NCBI RefSeq assembly: GCF_009914755.1
Contig: NC_060932.1
Origin: the human T2T-CHM13v2.0 reference genome, Homo sapiens
DNA length: 64,000 nt
Strand: one strand, 5' to 3'
Shown: one piece after another, positions 29,038 to 46,478 of the stretch
How the letters are laid out: each line of letters starts with the position of its first letter
Position numbering within the stretch: position 1 is the stretch's first letter
Program-made: the position numbers and the translations under genes
The notes under the pieces: generated by a model
Database searches by the model: none
Told to the model about the DNA's origin: nothing
What the model saw: the letters and a program-made list of their open reading frames with translations, nothing else

Positions 29038-29502
29038 AAGAATGCTCTGTCTTTCTGTTAGAAATAAGAATGCCTCTCTCAGTTGTTTTTTCTCACCCGA
29101 CAGTCAAGGTTTGTGTTGTGGGAGTGGAGGCAGGGCTAGGTAAAGAGTTAATAACATTTACCTATGGGCAAAAAAAGCCAAAAAAATTAATTAGAAAATT
29201 AGTTTTACACAATAGTGGTTGGCTATTGATATTTTTTCTCAGAAAACATTTTAATGTTTAGTTCTTTCCATTGTGAAAACCCAAAACCAAGCGTACACTG
29301 GTAGTGGCTTCTCTCCCTTAAGGTCTTAGCATTCAAACTTGCAAATTACAATTAGATTAAAAAGTTCAATACTTCAAAGGGGTTGCTGAGTTCTAAGGAG
29401 GGAATGATGAACTGTTAATTTTGTTCTCCTAATGCAGCCTTTAGTGATTTTCAAAGTGACTGTGTTTATAGAAATTATTTAAGCAGACAATAGAGCAAAC
29501 CT

Positions 29503-30097
<595 letters not shown>

Positions 30098-30373
30098 CAA
30101 AGCAAACTTTTAACACACTAAACAGCTATGATCATTTGTTGACCATAACTCTAATAAATGTCAAGGAAGCAAGAATACTTTTCAGAGCTTTCCCAATCAG
30201 TCAGAATATGCAATGGCTCTCTTAGAGGGAAGCATGGGTGATAATAGGACACACTTTGCAGAGCATCATGTAAATAACATTTTTTGATGACCTACATTAA
30301 TTTAGGTATTCAACTGTGAGGTTGTAACGTAATTATCTCTACTTTTATTTGAAGTAACACACATGCTTGTATA

Positions 30374-30810
30374 TTTGAAAGTTGGTCATATAGATGGGGT
30401 CATTCTTGTCACACTCAACTGAAACAGAGTCAAGAGCCGGGGGAGAAAGCACTTAGGGCACAAAACATTGCTCCAAAACTGTAATCCACTGCAAGCTGGC
30501 TATTAAAGCTGGCTACTGTAGCCTGAAACCAGGTTTACCTAATAGCTACTGAAATAACTTGTTGCAACTCCACCAGTCATGCACAAATCAGAGCTTGCCA
30601 GCTTGCCAAAACTTTACTAGTGCCAATAAATTTTCTTTCAAAACAATATGTAACATTGCTCCTTTTTGTAAAATGCCCAAACTTCTCTTTGTTCTTCAGA
30701 CACACTGAAGAGCATCTCATCTGTATGTATGCCCCGAGTTGCAATTCTTGCTTCCCAAATAAAATGTTTTAAATTTAGAGATTTATCTCTATATTTTATA
30801 TGACTTTGAC
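30374..30810 (+). mobile_element. ERV1 solo LTR (MER72-like)
   Basis: tgaaagttggtcata...gggtcattcttgtc...aaataaaa...gactttgac; same family as 42426-42870. Confidence 0.7.
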
Positions 30811-30819
30811 TTATTTGTA

Positions 30820-31122
30820 GTTTTTGTTTATTTTGTTTGAGATCAGATCTCGCTCTGTCACCCAGGCTGGAGTGGAGTGGTGGAGTGGCATGATATAGTT
30901 CTCACTACAGCTTCGAATTCCTGGGCTCAAGCAGTCCTCCTGGCTCATCCTCCCATGTAGCTGATACTATAGGTGTGAGCCACTTTGCTTGACTAATTCT
31001 TTTTTTTTTTTTAAGTAGAGATGAGATCTTAGTGTGTTGTCTAGGCTGATATCCAACTCCTGGGCCTCAAGTGATCCTCCTACCTCAGCATCCCAAAGCC
31101 CTGGGATTACAGGTGTGAGCCG
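30820..31122 (-). mobile_element. AluJ-like
   Basis: Diverged antisense Alu. Confidence 0.88.
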
Positions 31123-31199
31123 TTCACATAGTTTTAAAAGTCAAATTGTCCTTCATCAATTTCCTGTCTTCACCTCCCTATCCCAAATCTTGCTCCTAG

Positions 31200-31631
<432 letters not shown>

Positions 31632-32289
31632 TAAGCCATGTTATCCACCCACAACTTCCTTTCTCTCCAGCTTGCTATTATATGGTTTTATGGGACTTTG
31701 CATTCAGCATGATTAGCAAGTTCAGAGGAAAGCATGCTTTTTGGCAACCACCCTCCCTAATCCTCCAGCATGCTATCTGGCCCTATCTAACTCTAGGCCT
31801 CTTTTCTAGTATCCCTGGTACCCTGTGCTCCAGGCACAAAGGGCAGTTTACCCTTCTGAGTGCACCCCGGGGCCTCAAATACTTTCCTCACCCAGGGCCA
31901 GCTGCACCTGCCTCTGCACCTTGCAGACCCCTCACCCCTTCAAGCCTCACCTCTTCAGAAGCCTTCCCCTCCTCGCCAAGCAGAGGCTGCCACTCCCTTG
32001 CTGCATTCCCATGACACCATCCTAGTACCTCTGCTGCAGCCATTATTGGGTTAAAGAAGATTAGCGGCAAAATGGATCATTTAAGAGTGTTTTCATCCTG
32101 TCATGTTTTTCCAAACCAGAAGTGGAAGGGACAAGACTAAAAGCTGAAGGGAGTAGAAGTAGAAAAACTAGCCTTATTTTATTTATTTATTTATTTTTTC
32201 TAGGAAGACTGAGGGAAATGCAAGCAGTATTCCTAGGGTCTCTATGCTCATGTAAAGAGTTTGAGAAACATGTCTTAAGTCCATGGGAT

Positions 32290-32550
32290 GCATGGCTGGT
32301 GCCTTCCCTCCCGATGTCCCCAGCAGTCACTATGGGCCAGTAGGCCTGACTTCTGAGCCAGCATCTGGTGTCCTCATGAGACTCAGCTCCAGGAGCCCCA
32401 AGGGGAACCCGCTTGTTATCACACACCTTAGTGGCTTCTTTCCCTTCCTGTTTCATTTCTCCACCCTCTACCGGTAGAGTTTCTTGGAATCAACTCCCAA
32501 ATCATTGACTTACCTACTCCTTTTTTCAGAGTCTGGTCCTGGGAGAACCT
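32290..32550 (+). mobile_element. ERVL LTR16-like 3' fragment
   Basis: ggcttctttcccttcctgtttca...ctcccaaat...tcagagtctg...gggagaacctaa. Confidence 0.5.
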
Positions 32551-33511
32551 AAGAAAGGGCTCAACTCATTTCAAAATTACTTAAGGTTGCATGCACTATG
32601 CCCGGACTGACCTCACTAGGGTCAGGATCCGCATGTGCCTTCCTTTCCTGCCAGATGGGTGGCAAATGCCTTATATTATTGATCTGACTCTTAACAGATT
32701 CTTTGTGAAATGAATAAATGTATGGATGAATGAAAGATGTCCCATAGGAGCCATAAGGTAATACAAGGGATTTCTAAAATTCAACAAGTTAGATTCCCTA
32801 TTGCTTCTCTATTTCAGCAAACACATCCACTCATCATGAACTGGCTCATCTTAAGTAGTGAATAGGCTCATTAAATATTTTAGTGACATTCACACTCCCT
32901 TAATGAGTTGTTTTTTCCAAACTTACATAGCATATTATTGGCTTTAAATATATTTTCACTATTTAATAATAATAATAATGTTTCAGCAGAGGAATTTTTA
33001 ATTTAGAGTTTAATGATCCTAGAGACTCATTACTTTGCTTTCTTGAAATACAGAACCAAAACATTTTCATCTCATCCTAAATCACTTTTATTAAGCTAAT
33101 TTTCTCCACCACTGAATTTAGAGGAAATCCTCTTAATTTGGAGCCAGACATTATGTAAGATATGTGGTCTTAAACATATAAGTAAATATTAAAATAACAT
33201 ATTTTCTATATTATGGAGGATATTTAAATTGATATTTTAAAGAATCAATATACAGAAACTGAAAGGAATAAGTGTTATTTTTAAGTTGTCAGGAATCAGG
33301 TTTAAGATATTAAAAAAATATATATATATATACATATTCAGCCAAAGATGGTTGATACCTTTCATATCACATGCATAGCTGGAAGGCATTATAATTTGGT
33401 GGCATCCAAAGCAAATGTTGTTTGTCCTTTCTCTATCACTGCATGTGAACACAGCTTCAGGGATAGCACACTTCTTACTTTTTAACTCACATTCATGTGC
33501 TGCTAGGGTTT

Positions 33512-33850
33512 TGCTATAGGTGGAATATTTGTGTCTCTCCAAAATTCATATATTGAAGCTGGCTCAATACCAAATGTGACAGTATTTGGAGGTGAGGATT
33601 TGGGGAGGTAATTAGATCATGATGGTGGAGCCCTTATGAATGGGATTAGTTTCTTTATATAAGAGACTGAGGACACAGTGAGAAGGTGGCCATCTGCAAA
33701 CCAGAAGGAGAGCCCGAGCCAGCAACTAAATAGGCCAGCACCTAGGTCTTGGACTTTCCTGCCTCCAGAACTTTGAGAAATAAATATTTGTTGTTTAACC
33801 TACCAAGTCTGTGGTATTTTTTAAAATAGCAGCCTCAGTTGAATAGCAGG
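33512..33850 (+). mobile_element. MaLR LTR (MLT1A-like)
   Basis: tgctatagg...caaaattcatatattgaa...ggacttt cctgcctccagaact. Confidence 0.85.
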
Positions 33851-34592
33851 TTTCCAAGAGTGAACTTTCACATGAGGCTCAGAGGAGGGCTCAGGAGGAT
33901 TTGGCGGTGGGGATGGGGGTTGGTTCTCAGAAGACCATCTTGTCCCTGACAATCCAGCATTTGGTGAGTGACACTGGTCGGGTCACTTTTCTGGGCCTAA
34001 GAATTTCCAACTCATAGAGAAATGGTACGGTCTGCCCTTCACACTCTCTGAAATAGTGTGAGGATGAGATGAAACACTGATATGAAAAATGCCTTAAAAT
34101 CTGTAAAAACTCATACATGAGTAAAGGTTTTGTTTATTCTAAGATTTATGTCTGCCATTTCTATTTTATGGAGGGAGAGACAATGAAATATTTTAGGTGT
34201 AAGGGGAAGGAAGAAGAGAGATAAGTGAATACCCACCTTATTGTATTGATTGGATGTCAAATCAACAGACACAAATTTTTCCCTTTAATTTCCACTGGTC
34301 AACTTCTCAGGTTCCTAGTTTTCTCCTACCTAACATAAAGGTTTGGAATGGTTTCTAAATTCTTTTGAGATACTATGAGGATAGGTTTCTACTAAATTTA
34401 TGGATCACTTTTAGAAGGAATTTACTAACTATATGCTGTGGTTCCTTTGGAGAAAGTCCGTACTACAAAATTATGTTTATTTAGAATTAAAATTCCATTT
34501 TGGAATGTAAGCCCTTCTCATTTCTATCACACCTCAGTCATTTCTGTCATGAACAGTAGGCACCCCCACAAAGCCTACATAATTTTCTAGGC

Positions 34593-35190
34593 TGACAACG
34601 ACTCGCTTCTTGACCAAACTGTAGTCAGGCTCCTCTGAACCCTTTTCTTGACTAGGCCTCAACCTCAACCTTTGCCTGTGAAAACTTGAAAACTGTAGAC
34701 TCTCAGCACAGATGAGTTTGCTCACCTTCTGCACTAAGAGATTGAATAAACAGTCACATAGTTTCTAATAGCTCAAGGCCATGCCCCTGGAATGATGACT
34801 CCAAACCCGGTAAGTTTTTGCCTGGAAAAGCTCAAGGCTTCCAAAACAATTCACGGTGTGTTCCAGCTAAAACCTGCTCGTCTTCTAGGCTCTGTGGGAG
34901 GGTAAGACCCTGTCTTCCATGAGCACCAGTTAGCAAACCCGGATGGCCTAGGCACTTGGACCAGCCCCTGACTGATTTTTGTATTTTTTCACTTCTCTGA
35001 CTCTACTGAGCCCCCACTGGCCCTCTTCCTACTCCCTCATTCTCCTTTTATAGCACAAAGTCACCTCTGCACAAATCTGAGTTGAGTTCAGTTCATTCTG
35101 GACTCTTTTCCCTATTGCAACAGTTATTCCTGGTTAAACGCTGTCCTTACCACTTGAACTAGTGTCCTCCTGCTTGGTTATCTCTTGACA
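34593..35190 (+). mobile_element. ERV1 solo LTR (MER31-like)
   Basis: tgacaacgactc...ttgaccaaact.tagtcaggctcctctgaaccc...ttgaca; 4-bp TSD aggc. Confidence 0.85.
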
Positions 35191-35517
35191 AGGCCCAGTG
35201 CAAAATGAAAACACAGGTCTCATGTTCAAAAAGCATGAAAAAGTGTTATTACAGGTACTAAAATATAAAGTTTTTTTCTTTTCATCTAACATCTATTTCT
35301 GAACTGGTTTTTGTTTCGGTTTTCATTTTGTTGTTTAGTATTAAGTAAAGAAGGTTTAAAATTTTAAATATTAGATGAAGTTTATCATTCATCTTTATAC
35401 TGTGCAATGCCATTTTTAAATGTAGGTGTAAAGCATTTAACTCTTATCACAGAAATTACACAAGTTATACTTGTACATGTCTATGCATTTCATTTTTAAG
35501 AGAATAGTGAAAATACT

Positions 35518-36508
<991 letters not shown>

Positions 36509-36801
36509 CATTGCACAAAGTAACTTTCTGTTTTGGTTCTTGATATGTGCACATTCTACCAATGCTCTCTGCCTTTGGCTTAGCAACAAGTAAGAGAGAA
36601 CTGAAAGGTAAAAGTACTTTGTGTTGCCCCTTTTCCCTTTTCTTCCCATCATTATCTTCAGCAAATGTAGGGAAGAATGTAAGCAGGAATGAGTATGAGA
36701 GGACTCCTTGGTGGTTCGTATTTCTTAGCACACTTTCTGCCTTCTACTGGCAAGTTCTGGCTTGCAGGGAAAGCCTGTCCTCTCTTGGCTGTCTGCCATA
36801 G

Positions 36802-37108
<307 letters not shown>

Positions 37109-38666
37109 TGATAGACTTTAGGCACTCACCTGGTCCTCACTTTGAATCTCTCTGAACTCCAGTGTGGCCCGGGTCCACTGGAATTCTGTTGTCATGGGGC
37201 GTCAGTGGGCTCTATATATCAATGAGGCTACAAGGAGCAGACCTGATCTCCTGTGCTCATGCACAGGCTCCGTTGTCCCATTGTACCTCACTGACAAAGC
37301 ACAAGTTCAGAGATAAAATTATTAAGAATTTTAAACCAGCGACAGCAGAAAATTCAGCCAACCATGGGTGCTTCTGAAAGCCAAGCCACACGTGACTGCA
37401 AAGGTTGTGCAGTAAGCCGGTGCTAGCTCCCATTGCACCAATTGTTCACTGCGTCCTCAAGACTGCATGACTGATTACAACTGTTCACTGGTTTCCTCTT
37501 CTGTTTAGAATACCCTCTGCTCTCTTCTCTAAGTGGCTAATTCATTCTAAACTGGCAACTGTACCCAAGAGATCATTCTTGATTCATGCAGGTAGACTTA
37601 CTAGTTATTTCTCCTTTGTTCCAATAGCATTTAGACTGTTTGCCAATGATCACCTTCATCACTTACAACACTGTGAAGACCTGTGCATTTATACACAAGA
37701 ATAAACAAGAGTCCAGGCAAGGTTTTATTTATCATTATCTTTTCCCTTCTCCCTCCACCCACTGACCACATGCAGTAGGAACTCCAACGTTGGCTGAATA
37801 ATAGGCTAAGGCTTTAAAATGACAAGAAACACTAGTTAGCATGAGTATAAATTACGATCTTAGGATCATTTGACTCCAAATAGTCCTAATTTTCAATTTT
37901 TCATTTAGCAAACAGGCTCTATTGTAGGCCCTCTGTAGAAGAGAGAAGGACAGAGGCAAATCCCTGTCTCCTGGAGCTTATGCTCCTAGTGAGGCGGGGT
38001 GTGATGGTGAGCTTTCAGCAGTAGGTAATTGTGTGATGTGAGCTCAGTTAATGCTACCAAGAGAAAGGAAAGATGGTCAAAGGATTAAGGGTGGCAGGTG
38101 CTGTTAAGACAGGGCTGTAAAGGAGGCATCTGAGTGCAGGCAGGAAGAAGTGGGGCGAGCACATGCTCCCCTTCTGGGGGAGAGCACCCAGGCAGGCACC
38201 TGGGAGCAGGGACATGGTAGATATACTTGAGGAGGAGCAAAAGGCTGAGCATGAAACTTTAAAGAGAAACAGTATGTTTGCACAGCTTCCAAAATATTTT
38301 CTCCTCACTATGGTACTTTTAATATAGATCCATACAGAATTTGATACTTCTCCCTCCAGGGGTGGAGCTTGACTCTCCTCCCCTTGACTGCAGGCTGGCT
38401 TCTAACAAATGGGGCACAGAAAGGGAAAAAGAGCATCTTCACAGTGGAGAAAACTGCCATTTCCCTCAGGACTTGGAAGATAATGTTCATCGCTTAATAG
38501 CAACTTAATGGGCAGTAAGGATTCTGCTGCCAATTTGGTTCTCATTCCCCCAGCTTCTATCTGAATGCTGTTAACAGTTTTATTTGTCCTTTGGGTTCTT
38601 TTATTTTATCAGGATGTGCACAGGTGTTGGTCTGGGACTACTTATCCCAAGTGGTATCTGATTAGT

Positions 38667-39066
38667 GATATTAGTTTGGACGTTTTTCCCCTCCAAATTT
38701 CTTGTTGAAATTTGATGCCCAGTATTGGAGGTTGGGCTGAATGGAAGGTGGTTGAGTCATGGGGGGAGATTCCCCCTTGAATGGCTTGGTCCTGTCCCTG
38801 CAGCAAGGAGTGAATTCTCTCTCTATTAGTTCATGTGAGAGCTAGTTGTTTAAAAGAACGTGGCACCTTCCCCTCTGTCTTGCCATGTGACATGCCAGGT
38901 CCCCTTCTCCTTCTGCCATGGGTGGAAGCTTCCTGAAACCCTCACCAGAAGCAGAAGCTGAAGCCATGCTCCTTGTCCAACCTGCAGAGCCATGAGCCAA
39001 ATAAACCTCTTTATTAATTACCAGCCTCAGGTGTTCCTTTATAGCAGCACAAAATTGATCAATACA
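38667..39066 (+). mobile_element. MaLR MSTB-like LTR
   Basis: tgatattagtttgga...gaagcttcctga...aataaacctct...aataca. Confidence 0.88.
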
Positions 39067-39098
39067 ATTAGCAATTTGAATTTAAAGATGTATGTTTC

Positions 39099-39405
39099 AG
39101 CCCAGTGCGGTGGCTCACACCTGTAACCCCAGCATTTTGGGAGGCTGAGATGTGAGGATTGCTTGAGCCCACGAGTTCAAGACTAGCCTGGGTGACATAG
39201 CAAGTTCTCATCTCTACTAAAATTCAAAAAAATTTGCTGAGTGTGGTGTGCATACCTGTAGCCTCAGCTACTTAGGGGGTTGAGGCAAGCAGATCACTTG
39301 AACCTGGGAAGTTGAAGATGTGGTGAGGATGTGGTGAGCTGTAATCCCACCATTACACTGCAGCCTGGGGGACAGAGCAAGACCAAAAAAAAAAAAAAAA
39401 AAAAA
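39099..39405 (+). mobile_element. AluJ-like
   Basis: Diverged sense Alu. Confidence 0.9.
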
Positions 39406-39907
39406 AGGACTTGTGTGTGGGAAATATTATTCTTGATTTCTTTCCCTCTATTATTTCATTTGTTTCATCCTTCTAGAACTCCTGCTAAAAGCATGTTAGA
39501 GTTTGTGGATTTATCTTTCCTGCCTTGTAAAATGTTTTCTAATATTGTCCATCTCTTTGTCTTTCTCTTTTATGTTCTTGGAGAAGTTTTGACTTTGTCT
39601 TTTGACTCTGTATTTTAGATTATTAATTTACTTTAATCGTGTCTATTTTTTAAAGCATGGCTGTTCTAATTTTAAAAAAATTTTTGCAGTTGCATTTAAA
39701 ACCATTTAAAAAGTCATGTTTATTAAGTGAAACTTACACAGAATAAAATTTACCCTTCTTAGGGTATAGTTCTATGAATTTTGACAAAGGCATAGACTCG
39801 TGGAACCATGACCACAATTAAGATATGGAATAATTCCATTACCCTAAATTACAATCACCTTTTAAATTATTGTTTTGGTTCCTTTTTCTATGCAAAGTTG
39901 TTCTTTT

Positions 39908-41412
39908 AGCAAAGCGGGAGGCATCTTACCGCCCAACTTCAAACTGTACTACAAGGCTACAGTAACCAAAATAGCATGGAACTGGTACAAAAAAAGACAC
40001 ATAGACCAATGGAACAGAGTAAAGAACTCAGAAATAAGACTGCACATCTACAACCATCTGATCTTTGACAAACCTGACCTGAAAAAACGAACAATGGGGG
40101 AAAGGATTCCTATTTAATAAATGGTGCTGGGAGAACTGGCTATCCATATGCAGGAAATTGAAACTGGACCCCTTCAATACGCATATAAAAATTAACTCAA
40201 GGTGGATTAAAGACTTAACTCAAGGTGGATTAAAGACTTAATGTAAAACCTAAAACTATAAAAACCCTAGAAGAAAATCTCGGCAGTACCATTCAGGACA
40301 TAAGCATGGGCAAATATTTCATGACAAAAACACCAAAAGCAATTGTGACAAAAGCAAAAATTGACAAATGGGCTCTAATTGAACTAACGAGCTTCTGCAC
40401 AGCAAAAGGAACTATCATCAGAGTGAACAGACAATCTACAGAATGGGAGGAAATTTTTGCCATCTATCCATCTGACAAGGGTCTAATATCTGGAGTGTAC
40501 AAGGAACTTAAACAAATTTAAAGAAAAATACAACCCCATTAAAAAGTGGGGAAAGGACATGAACAGGTATTTCACAAAAGAAGACATAAATGCAGCCAAC
40601 AAACATATGAAAACAAGCTCAACATCACTGATGATTACAGAAGTGCAAATCAAAACTACAATTAGAAACAATCTCATGCTAATCATAATGACTATTATTA
40701 AAAAGTCAAGGATCAACGGATGTTGGTGAGGTTGCAAAGAAAAGGTAATGCTTTTACACTGTCGGTGGGAGTGTAAATTAGTTCAACCATTGTGGAAGAC
40801 CATGTGGCAATTCCTCAAAGATCTAGAAGCAGCATTTGACCCAGCAATCCCATTATGGCTATATACCCAAAGGAATATAAATCATTCTAATATAAAGATA
40901 CATGCACACATATGTTCACTACAGCACTATTCACAATAGTAAAGACATGGAATCAACCCAAATGTCCATCAATGATAGGCTAGATAAAGAAAATGCAGTA
41001 TATATACACCACGGAATACTATGAAGCCATAAAAAGGAACAAGATCTTGTTCTTTGCAGGGACATGGATGGAGCTGGAAGCTCTTATTCTCAGCAAACAA
41101 ATGCAGGAACAGAAAACCAAACACCACATGTTCTCACCTATAAGTGGGAGCTGAACGATGAGAACACGTGGACACATGGGGAGGAACAACAGACACTGGG
41201 ACTTGTTGGGGGTCCGGGGGAGGGAGAGCATCAGGAAGAATAGCTAATGGATGCTGGGCTTAATAGCTAGGTGATGGGTTGATCTGTGCAGCAAGCCACC
41301 ATGGCATACATTTATGTATGTAACAAACCTGCACATCCTGCACATCCTGCACATGCTGCAAGTGTACCCTGGAACTTAAAATGAAACTTGAAGAAAAAAA
41401 AGTTAAAAAAAG
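39908..41412 (+). mobile_element. 5'-truncated L1PA (about PA8-PA13 age)
   Basis: ORF2 C-terminal remnants ([18 protein letters not shown]..; [17 protein letters not shown]..), 3'UTR and A-tail. Confidence 0.93.
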
Positions 41413-42425
41413 AAAGCTTTTTTTTTTAGAGCAAATTAATTTTGTTCTAAAATATTTTCTGTTTCCTGAATTATTTTAGACTTTTCAGAATCAATTGCTC
41501 TGTCTGGTGGTTCTCCGCCCTCCCCCACAGATTGCTGATGAGGATTTCTCGGCAATTCATCACAGGTCCCTTTCTCTCTCCAGCAAGTCTCTCGCTTGAG
41601 TGAGAGCTGCATGCATGCAGGATCTGTGGAGGCGTGTGCCACCCGTAAGAGGAGCAGGCTGTGTGCACGGCAGGCTTTACTTTAGGGCCAGTGGGCACGA
41701 TGCAGTCAGATGGACTGAAGTTCCCAAAGGTAGCAAAGGAAAGCCGCCTTCACCTTGGCTGTGGACTTCCACTCTGGGTGAAAGTTCCTTTCTTTATTCT
41801 TTTATGCTTGTCATGAAGGGCCAGAGGTTCTTGAGACACACGTTCCCTCTCTCAGGTATCTACTCCCCATTAGAAACCTTCCTGAGACAGTAGTTCTCTT
41901 TCTTCTGATGGCATGTTTCAGCTGGAAAGCACTTGTTGAGACCCACTGCTGATTGCTACCGTAGTCTCTGTGTGTGTGTTGTGGGGGTGGATCTGGGGGC
42001 AACCGGTCCACCTGCTCCACAGGAGGTGCTCATTATCATGGCCCAGATCCCTTGGCCTCGCCTCGGGGCTTAAGGTTCCCTGTAGTGTGCACCTTTTCAT
42101 CTTTTCTTCTGCCCCGTGGCTTGCACTATGGTTTCCTTTACACACCTCAATCTGTCCAGGAATTGCTCAAAAGTTCTCTTCCATTCATACCTATTCCCTG
42201 TTTCCCACCACTGTTGTGGATTTCTTGTTTCTATCCTTCCTTCTTTTCTTTCGGCCTCTCTCTGTGCTTCCCTTCTTCCCTCTCTGCCTCTCTCCCTTCT
42301 TTCCTCAGTTCCTTCTTCTTGTGTGTTGTGTCATTTTTAAGGGATTTGTGTTTGGAAAGAAATTGGACTCTGTTCTCAGTCTACTATCTTAATCCAATCT
42401 TTATCGTTTATTTGACACTTTATTT

Positions 42426-42870
42426 TGTCAAAGTCAAATAAAATAAAGAGACAAATCCCTAAAATGAAAATGCTTTATTTGGGAGAAAAGAATCACAGTT
42501 CAGGGCATACACGCAGACTGGAAGGTCTTTAGTGAGTCCCAAGGAAAAAGAGGTTAGAGGTTTTATAGGAAGGAGAAATATTGCATATTGCTGTTTGAGA
42601 AATTTCACTGGCAGGTTCTGAGGAGCTGGCAAGTTCTGATTGGTGAGCGATGGCAGTGGGCAAAACTAGTCTTAGAATTGTAACAGGTTGTTTCGGTAGT
42701 CATTAGATGAAACTGTTTTCAAGTTACAGCAGGCAGCTTCAGCTGCCAGGCTTGCAGAAAATTACATTTTTGGAGCAATATTTTGTGCCCTGAGTACTTT
42801 TACCCTTGGCCTCTTCATTCAATTTGTATGATAAAGAAGAATGACCCACTTTGTATGAAAAACTTTCGCA
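42426..42870 (-). mobile_element. ERV1 solo LTR (MER72-like)
   Basis: TG...CA ends, 4-bp TSD attt; reverse-complement similarity to 30374-30810. Confidence 0.75.
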
Positions 42871-42889
42871 ATTTGTATACTCATTACAG

Positions 42890-43160
42890 AGGCAAGGTAG
42901 TATAATGGTTGAGAGGGTGTACTCTGATACCAGAGAGCCTGAGTTAGAATATCAGCTCTTTTGCATAATATCTGTGTGACCTTGGACAAGTTGCTTTATT
43001 TTTCTGTGCTTCAGTTTTATCTGTAAAATGGGATAAAAAATAGTTTCCATTTTTATCCCATTTAGTCCCATAGAATAGTCTTCTATGAGACTGTTCTAAG
43101 GATTAAAAGTGAATATATGTAAGTCACTTAGAACATTGCCTGGCACACATATTATTATTG
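42890..43160 (+). mobile_element. MIR containing a fold-back insertion
   Basis: tgtgtgaccttggacaagt...tcagtttt atctgtaaaatggg...aggattaaa...tgcctggcaca. Confidence 0.85.
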
Positions 43161-44098
43161 TTTTATGTAATATGTTCTTAAAATTCAATGAGTTATCTCT
43201 TTAATATGTTTTTTTAATGTTTGGTTTTATAGATTGCGCCAACAATTCATTTTATTTACTTATTCTTAAGGTAGAGCAACATTATTTGTATGAAATAGTT
43301 GCACAATATATCAACAACTACTAACAACTCAAATATATAACAATTATAGAATTAATAAGTAAACCACAGAATATATTATAAATTAAAAGGCAGACATGGA
43401 AAAATAGATTCATGAAAATTTTTGTATTAAAAAAGACAAGAAAAAATAGAATAATGTTATTTTTCCATTGATTTTATATATAACTGAGTTCTTAAAGAAT
43501 GGAATCAGAAAAGTTGTACTTTACCATTTTTAACATGGTGGATTATTATTTTAAAGGCAAAGGTAAAGAGAAGAGACACTGTGATTTATTTAACAACCAT
43601 GCCAATTTTCAGGTACCTCTAAGCTCTTCCAGTCATGGGCATAGACAATGCCTGCTTTCACCGAGGCTGTCTGGAAGCAAAGGCTCCACCACCATAATTG
43701 CCACTGGGACCCACCCTAGTCTAAGGAAATGATTCCAAGACACTCTATTTTTCTTAAATGAAATAGCCCTTTGTGTCTCAACCTTTTGAAGGCAGCCCAA
43801 CCCACCTATATTACAACACCACAGCTAGATTCAGATTTTCCAGCAAGATTTTTCCAATGAAGAACAAAGCTTTATTGTAGCTTAGATGACAGGACTCCAA
43901 AGAAGTCTGGAAAAGAGGAAAAAAAAGCTCATATTAAACAATAGGCAGTATAATGTAAGTTAAAATAGAAATTAGGATACCATTGATGAAAAATATTTTA
44001 CGTTTTCGTTTAGGGCATGTACTAGGATAGGATGGGTGAAATATTTTAGAGAGTGTTTATTTCCTTCTGGTATAATTTAGGATCAGAAAACCAGCAAG

Positions 44099-44207
44099 AT
44101 ATCTATATCTATATCTATATATCTATATCTATATATATCTCTATCTCTATATCTCTATCTCTATCTCTATATCTATATCTATATCTATATCTATATCTAT
44201 ATCTATA
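44099..44207. repeat. Compound (ATATCT)/(ATCTCT) hexamer repeat in an Alu tail
   Basis: About 110 bp of hexamer variants. Confidence 0.95.
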
Positions 44208-44660
<453 letters not shown>

Positions 44661-45944
44661 TAGCAAGGTATTTTTTTTTTAAATGTGGGCAGAACATAGA
44701 GAACTAGGGATTTGGTTAACATGGGATTTAAGTAAAATACACCATTTCTCCAATTTTGACATCTAAAAATTATCTGCATTAAAATATTTTTAAAAGTGCA
44801 ATCATATTCAGTGCTAGTATTGCGGGAACAAAACACATTTATATACAACTATCTTTGTTTTTAGCTAGTGTCTTCTTCAGCACATACTACTATCTTTTAA
44901 AAATTAATTTGTAAACTAATCTACAAATCGTGAAAATAGTGTTAAGCTTATTGTCATTAATATGTTGCTTAATCTTTGTGTTTTAAATATATAAACAAGG
45001 TGTTTACATTAATTATTTTTCTTTTAGCACATCAAACTTAGTATAGTAATATGGATAAACCCTGATTTGTATAACTTTTAAAATAACATTTGGAAAGATA
45101 CATTACATTCCTTAACAATATCTCGCTGATATTTTTTTTTTCAGTTTTCAAATTAAGAGAAAAAATGAAATGTGACAACTGAGAAATATGAAAGAGTCTA
45201 TTTACTATAAACTAGTTTACAGATTGAGTTAAAATAATGAGATGAGGAGACTTCTGGCAGACACACAGGACTTGTTTACATTTTGATTGCAGTTTAATAA
45301 TTTGCTGATTGCATTATAATCACAGCAATATTGCATTTTAATCACATGCATACATGTGGTTAACTAAATTAATACCTTTAAATCACAATTTGATTTTTGC
45401 TAATACATAACCAGTTCTTTTTCTGTCCCTGCTCCAATGAGGATAATAACCAGTGAGCATGGTTTTGGATCAATTCTTTTTGGTAAACTCCCTAGCCACG
45501 TTCTGCTTCTTGCCTACTAAAGACATCATCTTTCACACAAATGTGGAATAATGAATAATGCTTCATAGAATAATATATAATAAACTGGAAGCAAGCTTCA
45601 TTTAGCATAAACCTGCAATATTCTTTGTGTGACTAAAATCCACAATTACTGGAGCAGAGAATTGCCCTGCTCCTCTCAAATTGTGTGCCTTTCCTTCACG
45701 GTGCTGAGGCCGTTTGGTCTCAAGTGGGCAAGTGGTTGGAATGAGTCCTTGTAGAAGGGGGTCACAGGACAAGTCACAAGACCTTTTAGAATCTGCAAAC
45801 ACTGTTGCAAGTTTTCAGTGTACCCCTCTCTCCGTTAGTCAAGCATGGACTCATTTTTAGTAGAAAAAATTACAAGAAGGCAGAAAATTATTCACAGTCC
45901 CACTGCCCAGATAATCTCTGTGCCATTTAAAAAATAAAACATGG

Positions 45945-46478
<534 letters not shown>

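Noticed and set aside
41970-42441. Hydrophobic 140/155-aa ORFs
   Set aside because: Produced by a pyrimidine-rich low-complexity tract with few stop codons.
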